A stretch of DNA of 64,000 bases from Chloroflexota bacterium (GTDB lineage: Bacteria; Chloroflexota; Dehalococcoidia; Bin125): assembly GCA_028873865.1 (NCBI GenBank), contig JAPPNI010000015.1, positions 211,294 through 275,293 of the forward strand, in the 5' to 3' direction. The notes beneath the pieces were generated by a model that saw only the letters and a program-made list of their open reading frames with translations, had not been told where the DNA came from and did no database searches. This document shows positions 1-8,496 of this stretch, one piece after another (the stretch's first letter is position 1; each line of letters begins with the position of its first letter). The position numbers were made by a program, and so were the translations under genes.

Positions 1-29
1 GAAAAAAAACGCGGGGCCGGGGTTGGGGA

Positions 30-341
30 TTACAAGGGGTCGTCGTCCTCGTCGCCGAGTTCGTCATCGTCGTCCTGGCGGGCGCAGTCACACTGGACGG
101 AGGCGATGCCGTCGCGGACGCCTTGCATGTAGGCGCGCGATTCGACTCCAGCGTCAACGTAGACCTCGGCTTCTCCGATGCCGAGTTCGCGTTTGACCTC
201 GGCGCAGCGCTGGTTGAGCGGCGAGAGTTCGCGCACGAGGGCGACCAGGGCGCGGACCCGGACGTAGCCGGGTTCTTGGCGGTCCATCGCCAGGGTGGCG
301 ACTTCGGTCATGGTGTTCTGATAGGTCACGGGAAACGACAT
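30..341 (-). CDS. hypothetical small acidic protein (103 aa) with C-terminal CDC motif and poly-Asp/Glu tail
   Basis: ORF track. Composition is not Arg/Pro-biased like antisense artefacts. Divergent from the response-regulator gene. No domain recognised. Confidence 0.4.
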   Translation of the reverse strand: MSFPVTYQNTMTEVATLAMDRQEPGYVRVRALVALVRELSPLNQRCAEVKRELGIGEAEVYVDAGVESRAYMQGVRDGIASVQCDCARQDDDDELGDEDDDPL

Positions 342-460
342 TGTTGGTACCTCCTCGTCGTCCGCACGTCTTCGTCAGTGGTGATGGTATGTGAACGGCG
401 GTTCGGTTGTTGTGTTCTGGTTGGCGGAGGTGGAGCGGAGGGCGCCGTGGTGAGCGCTAC

Positions 461-490
461 GAGGCCCCGCCTTCGCGGGGCCGACTTTGA
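461..490. repeat. 30-nt GC-rich hairpin motif gaggccccgccttcgcggggccgactttga (8-bp stem, 4-nt loop); near-identical copy at 7171-7200
   Basis: Read directly in the sequence. 28/30 identity with the copy at 7171-7200. Lies in the divergent intergenic region upstream of the RR gene. Confidence 0.7.
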
Positions 491-548
491 GTTGTGGGGG
501 AGATTGAGGTTCTATAGTGGATTTTGGTTGGCTGGCAGGCTGCGCGCC

Positions 549-1262
549 ATGAAGATACTCATTGCTGATGACGAGCCCCACATCCGTGAGTTGGTCCGCC
601 TCTATCTCTCGCGAGAGGGGTACGAGTTGGAGTTCGCCTCCGATGGCCAGGAGGCCCTCGAGAAGGCGGTGATGCTCCAGCCCGATCTGGTCGTGCTGGA
701 CCTGATGATGCCCAAGCTGGACGGCTTCGAGGTGACGAAGGGGATCCGGCAGGACTCCGATGTGCCGATCCTGATGCTGACCGTGCGGCGCGAGGATGCG
801 GTGAAGGTGGCGGGGTTCGAGCTGGGCGCCGACGACTACCTGACGAAACCGTTCAATCCCAAGGAGCTGGTGGCGCGGGTCAAGGCGATCCTGCGCCGGG
901 CGGACGGGATTGCGCGTTCGGGGGTTGAGGTATCGGTTGGCAGCCTGACCCTGAACCGGCAGACGCGCGAGGCGGCGCTGGGCGGGACCTCGCTGAAGCT
1001 GCGGACGAAGGAGTTCGATCTGCTGTTCGCGCTGGCGCAGAATCTGCAGACGGTGATGTCGCGCGAGCAGCTGCTCTCCCTGGTCTGGGGCTACACCTTC
1101 AGCGGAGAGACACGAACGGTCGACGTGCACATCAATCACCTGCGGCAGCACCTGCGCGACAGCGACCTGCAGATTGAGACGCTGCGCGGCGTGGGCTACA
1201 AGATGACGATGCGCGACAACCCGAACGGTCTGTCGCTTGCGGCGAATGGCGACGCCGACTAG
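549..1262 (+). CDS. OmpR-family response regulator (REC + winged-helix)
   Basis: MKILIADDEP...DLVVLDLMMPKLDG receiver motifs. C-terminal trans_reg_C-like segment (RTVDVHINHLRQ..GVGY). ATG at 549 is in frame inside ORF 123..1262. The upstream ORF portion is Arg/Gly-rich noise. Confidence 0.9.
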   Translation: MKILIADDEPHIRELVRLYLSREGYELEFASDGQEALEKAVMLQPDLVVLDLMMPKLDGFEVTKGIRQDSDVPILMLTVRREDAVKVAGFELGADDYLTKPFNPKELVARVKAILRRADGIARSGVEVSVGSLTLNRQTREAALGGTSLKLRTKEFDLLFALAQNLQTVMSREQLLSLVWGYTFSGETRTVDVHINHLRQHLRDSDLQIETLRGVGYKMTMRDNPNGLSLAANGDAD

Positions 1263-1295
1263 CGGCTGTCAGCGGTCGCTGCCGATCGCGCCGAC

Positions 1296-2828
1296 GTGAT
1301 GTCGAGAGCCATGCCCAGCTGGATGCCCGCGCCGAGCTGGCCGGTGCTCCAGCTGCAGACGATCCGTTCGCGGATTTACGTGACCCTGGTCGCGATTGTG
1401 GTGCTGACGCTGATCGTGGTCGGTCTGATCGGCTTCGTGTTGCTGGGCGGCTACCAGGATCGGGTCGATCAGTCGCGGTTGCGGGAACTGGCGACGGCGT
1501 GGGGACCCGAGCTGTTCTCGGAACAGGGCGAGGCGCGCAACCTGGATCAGCTGCTGCAGGACTTCGCCCTGGCGGCGCAGACCCTGACCGGGTCGCTGGT
1601 GAGCGATCTGGATGTGCCGGTGCTGGGGATCACCTCGGGCGGCGAGGTGGTGCGGGTGATGGAGACGGGCGATCGATTCCGAGGCGAGACGCTGCCGATT
1701 GACCTGGGGGAACTGGACAGCCACCGCGTCGCTCAGGGTCAGTTGACGACCGACGACGGCGAGCGTCTGACCTACGTGGTGACCAGCCTGCCGCCGGAAG
1801 AGCAGCAGCGCCAGGGATTCTGTTGCATCGCCGTGATCCTGGTGGGGGAGTCACGCTGGGCCATCGCGGGCGACCTGGCGCCCCAGTTGCTGATCGCGGG
1901 CGTGATCGCACTGGTCGTCGCGTCACTGGTCGGGTTCCTTGTGTCGCGATCGATCTACCGGCCGATTCAGCGGGTCGCGGCGGCCTCGCGCAGCGTCGCG
2001 CGGGGGCAGCTGCAGCAGCGGGTCGACGTGGGCGGGTCGCGCGAGGCGCAGGAGCTGGCGCGTTCCTTCAACCAGATGACCGAGGAGGTCGAGCGCCAAC
2101 AGACGGCGTTGCGGGATTTCCTGGCCAATGTCTCGCACGACCTGCAGACGCCGTTGACATCGATCAACGGGTTCTCGCAGGCGCTGATGGACGACATCGT
2201 CAAGGGCGACGAGCAGCAGAACGCGTATCGGATCATCGAGGATGAGTCGCGGCGGCTTCTGCGTCTGGTCGAGGGGTTGCTTGACCTGTCGCGGATCGAG
2301 GCGGGGCAGGTGCAGGTGGAGTCGAGTCCGGTGGACGTGGCCGTGCTGCTCGACCACGTTGGCGATCTGTTCGCGCTGCGGGCGCAAGAGCTGGATGTCA
2401 CGCTGACGGTGTCGCCGTCGGATGTGGGCGATGTCCTGGGCGATTGGGATCGACTGGACCAGGTGCTGGGCAATCTGCTGGATAATGCTCTGCGGCACAC
2501 GCCGCCGGGAGGCGACGTACAGTTGAGTGCACGCCAGGAGAGCCGAAGCAGCGTGTCGATCGCGGTCGCCGACACGGGCGTCGGTATTCCAGAGGAAGCG
2601 ATTCCCAACCTGTTTGACCGCTATTACCAATCGGACCGGCCGGGTGCGCAGGGCGGCACCGGACTGGGTCTGGCGATCGCTCGCGAGCTGGTGCGAGCGC
2701 AGGGAGGCGAGATTCGCGTCTCGAGCGAGCAAGGTGTCGGCACCACTTTTTATATCGTGCTGCTGTCAGCCCGGAACGCGGTGTCGGCGAACCATGCGGG
2801 AGAACCATCGAGCCCGGAGCTGTGTTGA
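1296..2828 (+). CDS. sensor histidine kinase (2 TM, HAMP, HisKA, HATPase_c)
   Basis: NVSHDLQTPLTSI H-box, DNALRHT N-box, GTGLGLAI G-box. Follows the RR by 34 nt. Start is GTG 1296, ATG 1299 or ATG 1311. Confidence 0.9.
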   Translation: MMSRAMPSWMPAPSWPVLQLQTIRSRIYVTLVAIVVLTLIVVGLIGFVLLGGYQDRVDQSRLRELATAWGPELFSEQGEARNLDQLLQDFALAAQTLTGSLVSDLDVPVLGITSGGEVVRVMETGDRFRGETLPIDLGELDSHRVAQGQLTTDDGERLTYVVTSLPPEEQQRQGFCCIAVILVGESRWAIAGDLAPQLLIAGVIALVVASLVGFLVSRSIYRPIQRVAAASRSVARGQLQQRVDVGGSREAQELARSFNQMTEEVERQQTALRDFLANVSHDLQTPLTSINGFSQALMDDIVKGDEQQNAYRIIEDESRRLLRLVEGLLDLSRIEAGQVQVESSPVDVAVLLDHVGDLFALRAQELDVTLTVSPSDVGDVLGDWDRLDQVLGNLLDNALRHTPPGGDVQLSARQESRSSVSIAVADTGVGIPEEAIPNLFDRYYQSDRPGAQGGTGLGLAIARELVRAQGGEIRVSSEQGVGTTFYIVLLSARNAVSANHAGEPSSPELC

Positions 2829-3672
2829 GGTGGCGGGTCGCGGGGCGTGGCCGAGGCCGGGCGGCTTCGCCGCGTCTAGGGTCGTCGCACGGGTCGCGGC
2901 ACGGGTCGTTGCATGGGTCGCTGCATGTCTCGTGGTGGCTGCATCGATCGTCCTGGGGGCCTGCGGAGACGGCGATGACGCGGAGGTCCCGGTTGAGCCC
3001 GAGGTTGCCGCCCAGGAGGATCGGCAGGCGGAGGACACGCCGGCTGAGCCGGCTGACGAGCAGGCAGAACTGGCGGTTCGGGAACTGATCGTCACGTCCG
3101 AGGATGTCGGCGCTCACCTGGAGGAGCGTTCGTACGCGGCGGGATTGCCGTCCTGGCTGGAGGAGTCGGAAGACGAGGTGCTGTCGTCGCTGCCGGGACG
3201 CGCGTTGCCGTCGAGCGGGGTGGCGTTTTCGCCCAGCGACGAGAGCGCGACGGGCGAGACGTTCTGGTTACACGTGTTCACCGATCGGTCGGAGGATTCG
3301 GCCGCCGACTGGGTGAAGTACGTGGCCTCGCAGCCGCCGGAGTTGGCGGGTGTGATCGTTCCCCACCACCGGTTGTTTGCGGCCCGGTTCCTCCCGGCTC
3401 CGCTGGTTGGCGACGCTTCGGTGGCGATCGAGCTGTATCGCGGTCACAGCGGGATCTGCGTGCGTTCGGCGCTGCTGGTGTTTGCCCAGGGCCGTGAACT
3501 GATTTTCCTGTTCAGTTCGATCGAGATCACGCGGGATGTGGACGACTCCAGCGTCGCAGTCGGCGGCAACGGCGTGCCGGCGCACTGCGACCTGGGCGCG
3601 GTTGACGGGCTGCTGACCGACATCGACGGGATCGCCCATCTGCTCTCCGCTCGATTGTCCGCGACGTCGTAG
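2794..3672 (+). CDS. putative secreted lipoprotein, function unknown
   Basis: Basic N-terminus, hydrophobic stretch and lipobox-like LGAC followed by an acidic linker. Overlaps the HK 3' end, which suggests co-transcription. ATG 2794 is inferred, so the start is uncertain. Confidence 0.5.
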   Translation: MRENHRARSCVEVAGRGAWPRPGGFAASRVVARVAARVVAWVAACLVVAASIVLGACGDGDDAEVPVEPEVAAQEDRQAEDTPAEPADEQAELAVRELIVTSEDVGAHLEERSYAAGLPSWLEESEDEVLSSLPGRALPSSGVAFSPSDESATGETFWLHVFTDRSEDSAADWVKYVASQPPELAGVIVPHHRLFAARFLPAPLVGDASVAIELYRGHSGICVRSALLVFAQGRELIFLFSSIEITRDVDDSSVAVGGNGVPAHCDLGAVDGLLTDIDGIAHLLSARLSATS

Positions 3673-3794
3673 GGCCGGAGGGCCGGAGGACAGCTCGTGC
3701 AGAGATCGTTAACGTGTACGGCCAAAGTCGGTAGGCTGGATCGCGACGCAACAGTCGATCGGATAGCGAATCGAGCAGGGAGGGTAGTGCGGAC

Positions 3795-4799
3795 GTGCGT
3801 CGGGTACATCGTGTGAGGGGCATCAGTCGTCGGGATGTGATCGGCGCGGTCTGCTGGACCGCGCTGGCGGTTGGCGTGTTGGGCGTGTTGCTTCGGCAGA
3901 TGGCTTCGCTTGAGCCGGTTGTCTTCGCGCCGATCAGCGGGGTCGCGGTGGTGGCGGTGTTCGTCCTGGCTCGGCGCTGGGGCGACTGGGGGATCCTGGT
4001 CGCTTATGTGGTGGCGATGGGCTTCTTCATCCAGCTGCGCGACGCGGCCGACGAGACGGGGCTGCGGACGCTGACCGCTTATGTGCTCGACTGGGAGCTG
4101 TGGATGTTTGCGGGGATCACGCCGTCGGCCTGGCTGCAGGCGCGGATTGGGGGCGCCAGCTCCGATCCCGGTTTCCCGGCGTTCTTCTCTGCGATCATCC
4201 ACTGGACGTGGTTCGTGTTTCCCCATGCCGCGGTGCTCGGCACCTGGCTGTTCGTCCGCAAGATGGCGTGGAGAGTGACGATCATCGTCGCGCTGACCTT
4301 CTACCTGGGCGCGTTGCTCTACTTCACGGTGCCGACCGCTCCGCCGTGGATGGCGGCCGACCAGGGGCTGGTGGACGGCATCGTGCGCGGGATGAACACC
4401 GTCGGGCCGGCGCTGCTGGGGGTCGAGTTCTACAACTGGGCGTTCGAGGCGATGGCCGAACCGAACCCGATCGCGGCCATGCCGTCGCTGCACTTCGCGG
4501 CGTCGTTCGTCGTGGTCGGGATTGGGATCCTGCTGCGTTCGCGCTGGGTGATCAGCGTGGCGGTGCTGTACTCGATCGCCCTGGCGTTCGCGCTGGTCTA
4601 CCTGGGCGAGCATTACATCGCCGACATCATTGCCGGGGCGGCCGTGGCCAGCATTGCCTTCTCGGCTGTTGAGGGTGGTCGCTACGTTCGCGGACAGATC
4701 GTTCTGCGGCACGAGCAGTTGGCGCAGAGCGGTCAACGAGCGGCGCAGTGGCTGCGGGAGGCCCTGCGTTGGCCACCGCCGCGGATCGAGGCAGGCTAG
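3795..4799 (+). CDS. PAP2-superfamily membrane phosphatase
   Basis: Multi-TM protein with PSLHFAASFVV and EHYIADIIAGAAVA motifs, typical of the PAP2 acid-phosphatase superfamily. GTG start at 3795 is uncertain. Confidence 0.7.
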   Translation: MRRVHRVRGISRRDVIGAVCWTALAVGVLGVLLRQMASLEPVVFAPISGVAVVAVFVLARRWGDWGILVAYVVAMGFFIQLRDAADETGLRTLTAYVLDWELWMFAGITPSAWLQARIGGASSDPGFPAFFSAIIHWTWFVFPHAAVLGTWLFVRKMAWRVTIIVALTFYLGALLYFTVPTAPPWMAADQGLVDGIVRGMNTVGPALLGVEFYNWAFEAMAEPNPIAAMPSLHFAASFVVVGIGILLRSRWVISVAVLYSIALAFALVYLGEHYIADIIAGAAVASIAFSAVEGGRYVRGQIVLRHEQLAQSGQRAAQWLREALRWPPPRIEAG

Positions 4800-4829
4800 C
4801 CTCCGCCTAGATTTTGGGCGGATTCGGCG

Positions 4830-5885
4830 ATGAGCATACGGCTTCCGGCCTGGGCAACCGGTTCTGCAGCACGGCTCGCGTTGGGACTGGGCGGCAGTAC
4901 CGGGTTTCTCGTGCTGTTTCTTCGCAATGCGGACTTTCACCAGGTTGGGCGGGCGTTCACGGAGGTCTCGGCCTGGTGGATCGGGCCGGCGCTGGTCGTG
5001 TACTTCGCGGGGATCGCGGCACGGGCCTGGCGCTGGCACTGGCTGTTGCTGCACATCCAGCAGATCGCCTGGTGGCGATTGTTCCCGATCGTGGCGATTG
5101 GTTTCGGGGTCAACAATGTGCTGCCGCTGCGGGCGGGCGAGCTGGTTCGGGCTCATGTGCTGTATCAGCGGCATGACATTTCGCGGCTGTCGGGGCTGTC
5201 CAGCATTTTCATGACCCGCGTGTACGACGGGTTGATGCTGACGTTTTTCCTGATGATCGGTGTGATCATGAGCCTGATCGGGTTCCAGGGGATGAATGAC
5301 GCCGGCGACGAGCTGACGGGCGCGATGGCGTTCCTGGTGTTCGGGATCACCGGGGCGTTTCTGGTGTTCGGGGTGATCGCTCGCCGCCCGGTTGAGGCAG
5401 AGCGGGTGATCGGGCGGATGCTGAGCCGGTTGCCGGGTCAGGGGGAGCGGGAGTGGACGTGGCTGTCGCCGATGATCACGGGGATGTCGGCGCAGGCCAA
5501 TCGTCGGCAGGTGATCGGGGCGCTGGTGGCGAGCCTGATCGCCTGGACGCTGGAGGCGCTGATGTACTGGATGGTCGGCCAGGCATTCAATCTGGACCTG
5601 CCGTTTCCGGTCTATCTGCTGGTCGCGGCCGCGGCGAACCTGCTGATCACGGCGCCGTCGACCGCGGGCGGGGTCGGGCCGTTCGAGTGGGCGACCAAGG
5701 CGACGCTGCTGATCTGGCTGCCGACGGTCGGCGGGCTGGAGATCGGGGACGCGGAGGCGACAGCGGTGGCGTTTGCGGCGATCCTGCACGGGTTGGTGAT
5801 CATTCCGATCTCGTTCGTCGGGCTGATCGCATTGTGGATCTTCCAAGTCGCTCCGCAGCGGCGATTTCTGGGGTCGGAGTCCTAG
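4830..5885 (+). CDS. flippase-like / lysylphosphatidylglycerol-synthase TM-domain (UPF0104) membrane protein
   Basis: About 8 TM segments. LRAGELVRAHVL motif matches the LPG_synthase_TM family. Confidence 0.65.
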   Translation: MSIRLPAWATGSAARLALGLGGSTGFLVLFLRNADFHQVGRAFTEVSAWWIGPALVVYFAGIAARAWRWHWLLLHIQQIAWWRLFPIVAIGFGVNNVLPLRAGELVRAHVLYQRHDISRLSGLSSIFMTRVYDGLMLTFFLMIGVIMSLIGFQGMNDAGDELTGAMAFLVFGITGAFLVFGVIARRPVEAERVIGRMLSRLPGQGEREWTWLSPMITGMSAQANRRQVIGALVASLIAWTLEALMYWMVGQAFNLDLPFPVYLLVAAAANLLITAPSTAGGVGPFEWATKATLLIWLPTVGGLEIGDAEATAVAFAAILHGLVIIPISFVGLIALWIFQVAPQRRFLGSES

Positions 5886-5924
5886 CCTGAGCGGTGTCGT
5901 TCCGGGAATCGAAGGGTTGGTGCG

Positions 5925-7130
5925 ATGACGGTGCTTGATGGTCCTCTGGACGGGATTCGGGTGGTTGATCTGTCGGCCCTGGCGCCGGGGCCGTATTGCT
6001 CGATGTTGCTGGCCGACATGGGCGCGGAGGTGATCCTGGTGGAGCAGGCGGGACGGCCCCGGGGACGCAGAGATGTGGCGCGGGACCCGAACGAGGAGCG
6101 GCGGCGGTACTCGTCGTACGCGCTGGGCCGGGGCAAGCGGTCGATCGGGCTGAATCTGAAGGCGGATGAGGCGCGGGAGATCTTCTATCGGCTGTCGGAC
6201 GAGGCCGACGTGGTGCTGGAGGGGTTCCGGCCGGGCGTGGTCAAGCGGCTGGGGGTGGACTGGGAGACGCTGTCGGCGCGCAATCCGCGGCTGGTTTACT
6301 GCTCGCTGTCGGGCTTCGGGCAGACGGGTCCGTATGCGGCTCACGTGGGGCACGACATCAACTACATCGCGACGGCCGGTGCGCTGGGGATGATCGGCGA
6401 CTATGCGAGCGGCGGGCGTCCGGCGATCCCGGTGAACATCATCGCCGACTTCGCCGGCGGCGGGCTGATGGCGGCGTTCGCGATCGTCTGTGCGATCCAG
6501 GCTCGGGAGCGGACGGGCGAGGGGCAGTACATCGACCTGGCGATGTCGGACGGGTCGATGTCGCTGATCACGTCGGCGCTGGCGGGGTACGAGGGCGCGG
6601 GGGCGGATATGCGTCCGGCCCAACATGTGCTCAACGGAGGCGAGCCTCATTACCAGGTCTACGAGACGTCGGACGGGCGCTGGTTCTCGGTCGGCTCGAT
6701 GGAGCCGTACTTCTACGCCAACCTGTGCCGGGCGCTGGAGCTGGAGCAGTACATCGACGACCAGGGCACTTCCGATCCGGCGCGGCGCGAGGAGGTCCGG
6801 GCGGCGTTCGCGGCTGCCTTCAAGCAACGCAGCGCGGACGAGTGGCACGAGCTGCTGAACGATGTGGACGTCTGCGCGAAGCCGGTGCTGTCGCTGGAGG
6901 AGGCGCTGCAGGATCCACACAACATCGCCCGTGAGATGGTGGCGGAAGTGTCGACGCCGGACGGCGGCACGATGCGACAGGCAGGGGTCGCGCCGAAGCT
7001 GTCGGGGACGCCGGGGCGGATCCGCGGCGGCGCGCCGAGGCGCGGTCAGGACACGGAGGCGTTGCTGTCGTCGCTCGGGTATGACGCGGAGACGGTGGCG
7101 TCGTTGCGGGAGCGTGAGATCGTGGGATGA
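5925..7130 (+). CDS. family III CoA-transferase (CaiB/BaiF; racemase-like)
   Basis: GIRVVDLS..GPYCSMLLADMGAEVI..E N-terminal signature. 401 aa. Confidence 0.85.
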   Translation: MTVLDGPLDGIRVVDLSALAPGPYCSMLLADMGAEVILVEQAGRPRGRRDVARDPNEERRRYSSYALGRGKRSIGLNLKADEAREIFYRLSDEADVVLEGFRPGVVKRLGVDWETLSARNPRLVYCSLSGFGQTGPYAAHVGHDINYIATAGALGMIGDYASGGRPAIPVNIIADFAGGGLMAAFAIVCAIQARERTGEGQYIDLAMSDGSMSLITSALAGYEGAGADMRPAQHVLNGGEPHYQVYETSDGRWFSVGSMEPYFYANLCRALELEQYIDDQGTSDPARREEVRAAFAAAFKQRSADEWHELLNDVDVCAKPVLSLEEALQDPHNIAREMVAEVSTPDGGTMRQAGVAPKLSGTPGRIRGGAPRRGQDTEALLSSLGYDAETVASLREREIVG

Positions 7131-7170
7131 GCGGGTTGGCCGGGAGCGCAGCGACCAGTTGGGCGCTGTG

Positions 7171-7200
7171 GAGCCCCCGCCTGCGCGGGGCCGACTTTGA
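7171..7200. terminator. second copy of the 30-nt hairpin motif (gagcccccgcctgcgcggggccgactttga) in a convergent intergenic gap; likely bidirectional terminator or REP-like element
   Basis: Lies between the CoA-transferase stop (7130) and the minus-strand MFS stop (7201). Stem-loop followed by cTTTga. Confidence 0.5.
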
Positions 7201-8496
7201 TTAAGGGCGAGTCTCCAGAGGGGGAGGCGGGGTGTTGAGGTGGGCGCGGCGCCAGCCGGTCCAGAAGAGGAGTCCGCCGACGGCGAGGATGGCGAAGGCC
7301 AGGGCGAAGCCGGCCTGGAAGTTGTAGGCGTCGACGAGGGCGGAGGCGGAGCCGATGACGATGGTGATCATCACGGCGGTGCAGAGCGAGAAGATCGAGA
7401 GGACCGTGGCCCGCTGGTCGGAGGGGATGCGGCGGTTGATGTAGCCGCCGGCGAGCGGTTGGACGGCGGCGGCGCCCATCGCGAGCAATGCCAGCGAGGC
7501 GACCAGTGCGAGGTGGTCGACCAGCAGCAAGGGGATGAAGACGAGGAGTCCGGCGATGAGCACGGCGGGCAGGGACCATCGCTCGCCGAGACGGGCGGCG
7601 AGCGGAGCGGCGAGGATCGCGCCGAGCATGAGGCCGACGAACGAGGGCAGCATGAAGCCGGAGTAGGTCAGTCCCTGTGTCAGGGCCTCGACGGGGTCGA
7701 TGGCGTGTGAGCGGACGAAGGGCTGGATGAAGAACTCCGGGAGATCGAGGGTGGCGAGGAGGACGCCGCCAAAGAGGATGGCCCAGAGCACCTGACGGTT
7801 GCGGAAGGAGATGCGCATGCCCTGGCGGATCTCGTTGATCACAGCCGTTCCTCCGCGCGGCGCGGGCGGCTGAGACTCGGCAGCGTCGAAGTCCTGTTCA
7901 CGGCGCGGCGGCTCGCGCAGGGCGAGGGCGATTAGACCGGCGAGTCCCATGCCGGCGGCGCTGATGATGATGACCGCGCGGAAGTCGAGGATCGAGACGA
8001 GCGGGCCGGCGAGGATGGTCGCGACCAGCAACGAGGCGGTTCCGACAGCGCCGGCGCGTCCGGCGTGGCGCTCGTATTCGTCGGTGCGGCCGAGCTGCCT
8101 GAGGCTGTCGAAGAGGAGGGCGTCGTCGGAACCGGACATGAGGGTTCGGGTGATCGACATGCAGAGGTGACCGACGATCAGCGCGGGGAAGTTGAGCAGG
8201 GCGAAGAGGACGGTGGCCGCGGCGAAACCGAGCGCGCCGAGTCCGAGCGCGACGCGGCGGCCGAAGCGGTCGGCGATGGCTCCGGTTGGGACTTCGGCGA
8301 CGATCGTGGCGATGCCGAAGAGGACTTCCATGAGTCCGATCTGGACGTAGGAGAGTCCGTGCTGGGACTGGAGGAAGAGGAACCAGATGGGCAACCAGAA
8401 GTGGAAGCCGCGGACGAACTGGAAGAGGTAGTAGAGGGGGATGTTGCGCGCGAAGGCGCTGGTCGGCGCCGAGTCGGGCGACGCCGGTTGGCTCAC
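7201..8496 (-). CDS. MFS transporter (paralog 1 of 3)
   Basis: 12-TM profile. Conserved EVPTGAIADRFGRR loop 2-3 motif. GTG start overlaps the stop of paralog 2 (GTGA). Confidence 0.85.
   Translation of the reverse strand: MSQPASPDSAPTSAFARNIPLYYLFQFVRGFHFWLPIWFLFLQSQHGLSYVQIGLMEVLFGIATIVAEVPTGAIADRFGRRVALGLGALGFAAATVLFALLNFPALIVGHLCMSITRTLMSGSDDALLFDSLRQLGRTDEYERHAGRAGAVGTASLLVATILAGPLVSILDFRAVIIISAAGMGLAGLIALALREPPRREQDFDAAESQPPAPRGGTAVINEIRQGMRISFRNRQVLWAILFGGVLLATLDLPEFFIQPFVRSHAIDPVEALTQGLTYSGFMLPSFVGLMLGAILAAPLAARLGERWSLPAVLIAGLLVFIPLLLVDHLALVASLALLAMGAAAVQPLAGGYINRRIPSDQRATVLSIFSLCTAVMITIVIGSASALVDAYNFQAGFALAFAILAVGGLLFWTGWRRAHLNTPPPPLETRP

Noticed and set aside
123-548. N-terminal extension of the response-regulator ORF
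   Set aside because: The upstream 140 codons are Arg/Gly-rich with no receiver-domain similarity. The RR clearly begins at MKILIADDEP (549).
3444-6920. 1158-aa minus-strand ORF
   Set aside because: Extremely Arg/Pro/His/Gln-rich. It is antisense to three well-supported plus-strand genes (PAP2, flippase-like, CoA-transferase). A typical high-GC antisense artefact.
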